Of a stretch of DNA of 64,000 bases, positions 60,448 to 64,000 are shown in pieces (the first letter of the stretch is position 1; the number at the start of each line of letters is the position of its first letter). Location of the stretch: NCBI GenBank assembly GCA_963775425.1, contig CAVZJB010000011.1, positions 832,001-896,000 of the forward strand, given 5' to 3'. The notes under the pieces were generated by a model. The model was given only the letters and a program-made list of their open reading frames with translations. It was not told the DNA's origin and searched no databases. Source of the stretch: an uncultured delta proteobacterium (GTDB lineage Bacteria > Myxococcota > UBA727 > VGSZ01). The translations under genes and the position numbers were made by a program.

Positions 60448-60777
60448 CGCGAGCTGCTCGCCACTCTTCAGCGTCGCGACCCTGCCGCGTACGAGGCCCC
60501 ACGCTTTCAAGAACGCCCAGGACATCGAGCGGTCCTTGCTCAAGGCGAACGCGAGAGCGTCGTCGCGCACGGACGCCGCCAGCGCGAAGTAGACCCCACC
60601 CGTGGACGTCGACGTCAACCGCGGCGCCGCGGGGTCGCCGTCGATGCGGTCGCGCGCCGCGCGCCATGTGGCGGTGAAGAGCGCGGAGTCCGTGATGCCG
60701 AGGCGGTCTGCGGCGGCGTGGATCTCGCGGAAGGTCTCTTCGGGCATGAACAGCATGACGTCGACAGGGTCATCCAT
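60445..60777 (-). CDS. tandem ribbon-helix-helix protein (two TIGR04563-like domains)
   Basis: LFMPEETFREI..AADRL....S.....WRAARDRI and ...DRSMSWAFLKAWGLVRGRV both match the myxobacterial pattern LYFPE..L.EI..EA.RQDRSLSW..Q.AW..AR..I. Confidence 0.65.
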   Translation of the reverse strand: MDDPVDVMLFMPEETFREIHAAADRLGITDSALFTATWRAARDRIDGDPAAPRLTSTSTGGVYFALAASVRDDALAFALSKDRSMSWAFLKAWGLVRGRVATLKSGEQLA

Positions 60778-60779
60778 GC

Positions 60780-63700
60780 TCAGTCTCCTCCCGGCGCGGT
60801 CGCCATGAGCGCGAGCGCAGGATCGAGCGAGAAGGGCTCGGCCCCCGGCGCCAGGCCCATGACCACGGACACGCGATGCGCCTTGCCGTCGTCGACGAGC
60901 CGGATGCCGGCCGACGCGTCGACCGGGACGCCGTCCACACGGACCTCTTTGACGCCTTTGGAGATGCCGTCGGGGTTCCTCACATCAACGGTGTAACAAG
61001 AAGCACCCTGCTGGTGCTTGACCTCGAAGGACGGCCAACTGCGGGGGATGCACGGGTCGATGAAGAGCTTGTCCTTGTCCTTGAACTGCATCCCGAGGAT
61101 GAGCTCGATGCCGGTGCGCAAGATCCAACCGGGCCCGCCGGAGTACCAGGTCCAACCGCCCTCGCCCTTCTTCGTGCCGCCGTAGATGTCGGCGGCGACG
61201 ACGTTAGGCTCGGCGCCGTAGCGCGGATCGGACGCGTGCTGGGTGGGCAGCATCGCGTGCAACAGCTTCATCGCCCAGTCGCCGTCGCCGAGCTTGGCCA
61301 CCGCCCGCGGCAGCCAGCTCGAGCCGTGCGTGTACTGCGCGTTGTTCTCGCGAAGCCCGTTTGGATACGCGGCCAGAGAGCCGCCCCATGACTCCTTGTC
61401 GAGCACCTTGTCGAACAGCAGGATCGTCTTGGTGTCGGGGTCGTAGAGGTCGTGCACGGCGGACGCGACCGCGCTGACGCCGTGCTCGTCGCTCGCCGCG
61501 CCCGAGAGCACCGCCCACGACTGCACGATGGCGTCGTTGAAGTCCACCTTCTCGCCGTCGTCGGCGTAGGCCCTCGCGTAGTGGCCGTCCTTGTCCCAGC
61601 CGTGCTCCTCGATGTTCTTCTTCAGCGTGACCGCCGCGGCGCGGTACTTCTTTGCGGTCTCCGGGTCCGCGTGCTTGTCCGCGACGCCGGCAAACTTGTT
61701 GAGCACGTCGAAGAGGAAGAACGCGAGCCAAACGCTCTCGCCCTTGCCGAGGTGACCGACGCGATCGAGGCCGTCGTTCCAATCGCCCTTGCCGATGAGC
61801 GGCAGCCCGTGCGCGCCGATACGCGTGAGCACGAGATCGACGGCCTTCTTGGCGTGCTCGTACATGCTGGCCGTATTGTCCGAAAACGCCATGGGCTCGC
61901 AGTAGTCGAGCTCGCCGGGGTTCAGCTTCCTGCCCACGGAGAACGCCGCCTGCTCGTCGAGGATCGACAGGTCACCGGTGACGTCGGCGTAGTGAGCGAC
62001 GGCGTAGGGGAGCCACAGCAGGTTGTCGGTGATGGTGGAGCGCTGCCCGAGGTTGTTGTGGGGATGCCACCAGTGCTGCACGTCTCCCTCGACGAACTGG
62101 TGCCGAGCGGACTCGACGATGTGATCGTGCGCGACCTTCTTGAAGAGGGGGTTGCCGGTGTCGAGGAGGTTCGTGACCGTCTGGAGTTGGTCGCGGAAGC
62201 CGTAGGCGCCGCCCGATTGGTAAAAGCCCGAGCGCGCGAGGAAGTGCGCGTCGTACGCCTGATACGGCAGCCACGTGTTGAGCATGGTGTCGAGCGACGC
62301 GTCGGGTGTCTTGACCTGAAGCCCGTCGAGCCGCGCGCTCACGGCGTCGCTCGAGACCTTGAGCTCGGCGGCAACGCTCTTCACGTTCTTGAAGTTGTCG
62401 ACGACGCGCAGCGCCTCCGCCTCGTCCGCAGCCTGGCCGAGGATGAACGCGAGCTGCTTGCTTTCGCCCTTGGCCACGCGGATGTCGAGGCCGAGCCCGG
62501 AGAAGGGGTCGTCCTTGGTGCCGAACAGGTCCTTCTGGGCGACGCTGCCGTCACCGGAGCCACCGCTGCCGACGAGCGCGTGAAAGGCGACCGAGCCTTT
62601 GACGATGGAGTCCGGATCTTCCGCGAAGACCACACCGTGCTCCGCGTCGGCGGTGATGCGGGTCCGATCTCCGAGCGCCCACTTCAAGAAGCTCGCGATC
62701 TCCAGTTGGCGGTCTTGTTTGCCACCGTTGTCGACGTCGATCTTCCACAGCTCGCACGGGTCCGTCTTGGCCACGAACTGCGTCATCGACAGCGTGAGCC
62801 CGTCTTTCGCCTTGAAGACGTACTTGATGCTCCCGGGCAACATCTCGACCTCGTACGTCCCGTCCGCCGCCGGCGCCGGGTTCGGCGCGATGGAGAACGA
62901 CTCGCCGGTGACCTTGTCCTTCACGACCACGCCACGGAGCGGGAGCTCGGTGGTGTTGTCCGGCGTGTAGGGCGTGATGCGGTTTTGTTGGCTGTTGGTG
63001 CCGAAGCTGTACGCCCAGCCCCCGGCGCTGGCGACGAAGCCGAAGCGGCCGTTGGAGGCCACCATCGACCACGGCTTCTTGGTGGCGAACGGGTCCGTGA
63101 CGACGAGCTTTCGGCCACCGTCCTCGAAGCGGTGGATGGCTTGTCCCGCGGGGACCTGCGGCGCGCGGGGCGTCGGCGGCGCGCGTTGGATGCGCAGCGC
63201 GCGCTCGGTGCGGGCCTCGAGCTCGGCCATCTTTTTGTGCGACGCGTCGGGCGGGTAGTGCGGGACGCCGTGCTCGACGGTGGGCATGGACGCGCGCTTG
63301 ATGAGGCCGGGGATGGCGGCCTTGTCGTCGGAGATGCCGAACACGAACGCGACCTCGCGCTTTTCGCCCTTCTTCACGTGGAGGGACCTGGACAAAGCCG
63401 CGGCCGGATCGAGGGTGGCGCCGAATTCACCCTCGGCGGAGAGCGTCCCTTCGACGACGGCGCGCGGCGCGGCCAGCGTGCCGAGGCGGCCGAGGATGTT
63501 GGTGCGGCTGCTGCCGACCCCCTCGGGTTTTTGATTGCCCGCGACCGCGAAGAAGCCGAAGGGTTGGCGGTCTTGATCGGGGCCCTGCATCGTGCGTCGA
63601 CGGGCGATGACCGCGCCGCTGTCCTTGTCCTGCTCCGTCTCCACGTAGAGGTTCCGGTACACCGGATGATTCAAGTACGCGTTGACGTCGTCCATGATCC

Positions 63701-64000
63701 AGTCGAGATAGCCGGTGACGGTGAGATCGAGATCGGCGCCCGACGTGTTGTCGACGCTGACGCGGGAGACCTTCACGCGCGCGTCCGCGGACACCGCGAT
63801 GTCCACGGCGACCACACCCACGCCCTTGACGTCGTATTCGAAGCGGCGGCCGCCCTCCGAGGTCATCGTGCGATCGGGCGCGTCGAGGTCGATGGGCAAG
63901 AGCTGACCGCTCTTGTTGTCCCGCAGGTAGAAGACCTCGTTGTTGGCGCACGCGTAGGTCTCCGCGGCCCACGTGGAGCCGCCGACCTTCTTGACGTTGG
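60780..64000 (-). CDS. GH94 glycoside phosphorylase / cyclic beta-1,2-glucan synthase C-terminal-like, 5' end outside window
   Basis: RSGFYQSGGAYGFRDQLQ, GDVQHWWHP, GDWNDG, GESVWL, RENNAQYTH and GWTWYSG motifs; frame stays open to the window edge. Confidence 0.93.
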   Translation of the reverse strand, partial: NVKKVGGSTWAAETYACANNEVFYLRDNKSGQLLPIDLDAPDRTMTSEGGRRFEYDVKGVGVVAVDIAVSADARVKVSRVSVDNTSGADLDLTVTGYLDWIMDDVNAYLNHPVYRNLYVETEQDKDSGAVIARRRTMQGPDQDRQPFGFFAVAGNQKPEGVGSSRTNILGRLGTLAAPRAVVEGTLSAEGEFGATLDPAAALSRSLHVKKGEKREVAFVFGISDDKAAIPGLIKRASMPTVEHGVPHYPPDASHKKMAELEARTERALRIQRAPPTPRAPQVPAGQAIHRFEDGGRKLVVTDPFATKKPWSMVASNGRFGFVASAGGWAYSFGTNSQQNRITPYTPDNTTELPLRGVVVKDKVTGESFSIAPNPAPAADGTYEVEMLPGSIKYVFKAKDGLTLSMTQFVAKTDPCELWKIDVDNGGKQDRQLEIASFLKWALGDRTRITADAEHGVVFAEDPDSIVKGSVAFHALVGSGGSGDGSVAQKDLFGTKDDPFSGLGLDIRVAKGESKQLAFILGQAADEAEALRVVDNFKNVKSVAAELKVSSDAVSARLDGLQVKTPDASLDTMLNTWLPYQAYDAHFLARSGFYQSGGAYGFRDQLQTVTNLLDTGNPLFKKVAHDHIVESARHQFVEGDVQHWWHPHNNLGQRSTITDNLLWLPYAVAHYADVTGDLSILDEQAAFSVGRKLNPGELDYCEPMAFSDNTASMYEHAKKAVDLVLTRIGAHGLPLIGKGDWNDGLDRVGHLGKGESVWLAFFLFDVLNKFAGVADKHADPETAKKYRAAAVTLKKNIEEHGWDKDGHYARAYADDGEKVDFNDAIVQSWAVLSGAASDEHGVSAVASAVHDLYDPDTKTILLFDKVLDKESWGGSLAAYPNGLRENNAQYTHGSSWLPRAVAKLGDGDWAMKLLHAMLPTQHASDPRYGAEPNVVAADIYGGTKKGEGGWTWYSGGPGWILRTGIELILGMQFKDKDKLFIDPCIPRSWPSFEVKHQQGASCYTVDVRNPDGISKGVKEVRVDGVPVDASAGIRLVDDGKAHRVSVVMGLAPGAEPFSLDPALALMATAPGGD

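Overview
Very GC-rich bacterial chromosomal segment. Gene content suggests Myxococcota or a related deltaproteobacterial lineage (inference): Ser/Thr kinase next to a PEGA protein, PilZ-TPR protein, FGE-domain and (GE)n lipoproteins, TIGR04563-like RHH protein, DUF1501 operon. About 46 genes can be supported; most listed ORFs are shadow frames caused by high GC. From left to right: NhaP-type antiporter (partial); sugar ABC genes with a fused binding protein-permease; an uncharacterised 3-gene operon ending in an SLC13/ArsB/NhaD permease; a GbsR-ArsA/Get3-LolD/FtsX operon; FAD monooxygenase with divergent MarR-ClC; histidine kinase, NhaR, Pal, atypical AAA+ regulator and esterase; many secreted or lipoprotein genes, including a lysozyme-like/LGFP/C39 cell-wall hydrolase candidate; a Zn/Mn uptake operon with a His/Cys-rich leader gene; a small mobile island (tyrosine recombinase with a SpoVG-like tail and a divergent truncated IS91-family transposase); nifJ plus DHOD-like gene; a CxxCH/lipoprotein/DUF1501 operon; kinase-PEGA-lipoprotein cluster; and a GH94 phosphorylase (partial). 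Four single-base frameshifts in short homopolymers look like sequencing errors. No rRNA, tRNA or CRISPR array was seen. All family calls come from motif recognition by eye, not from database searches.
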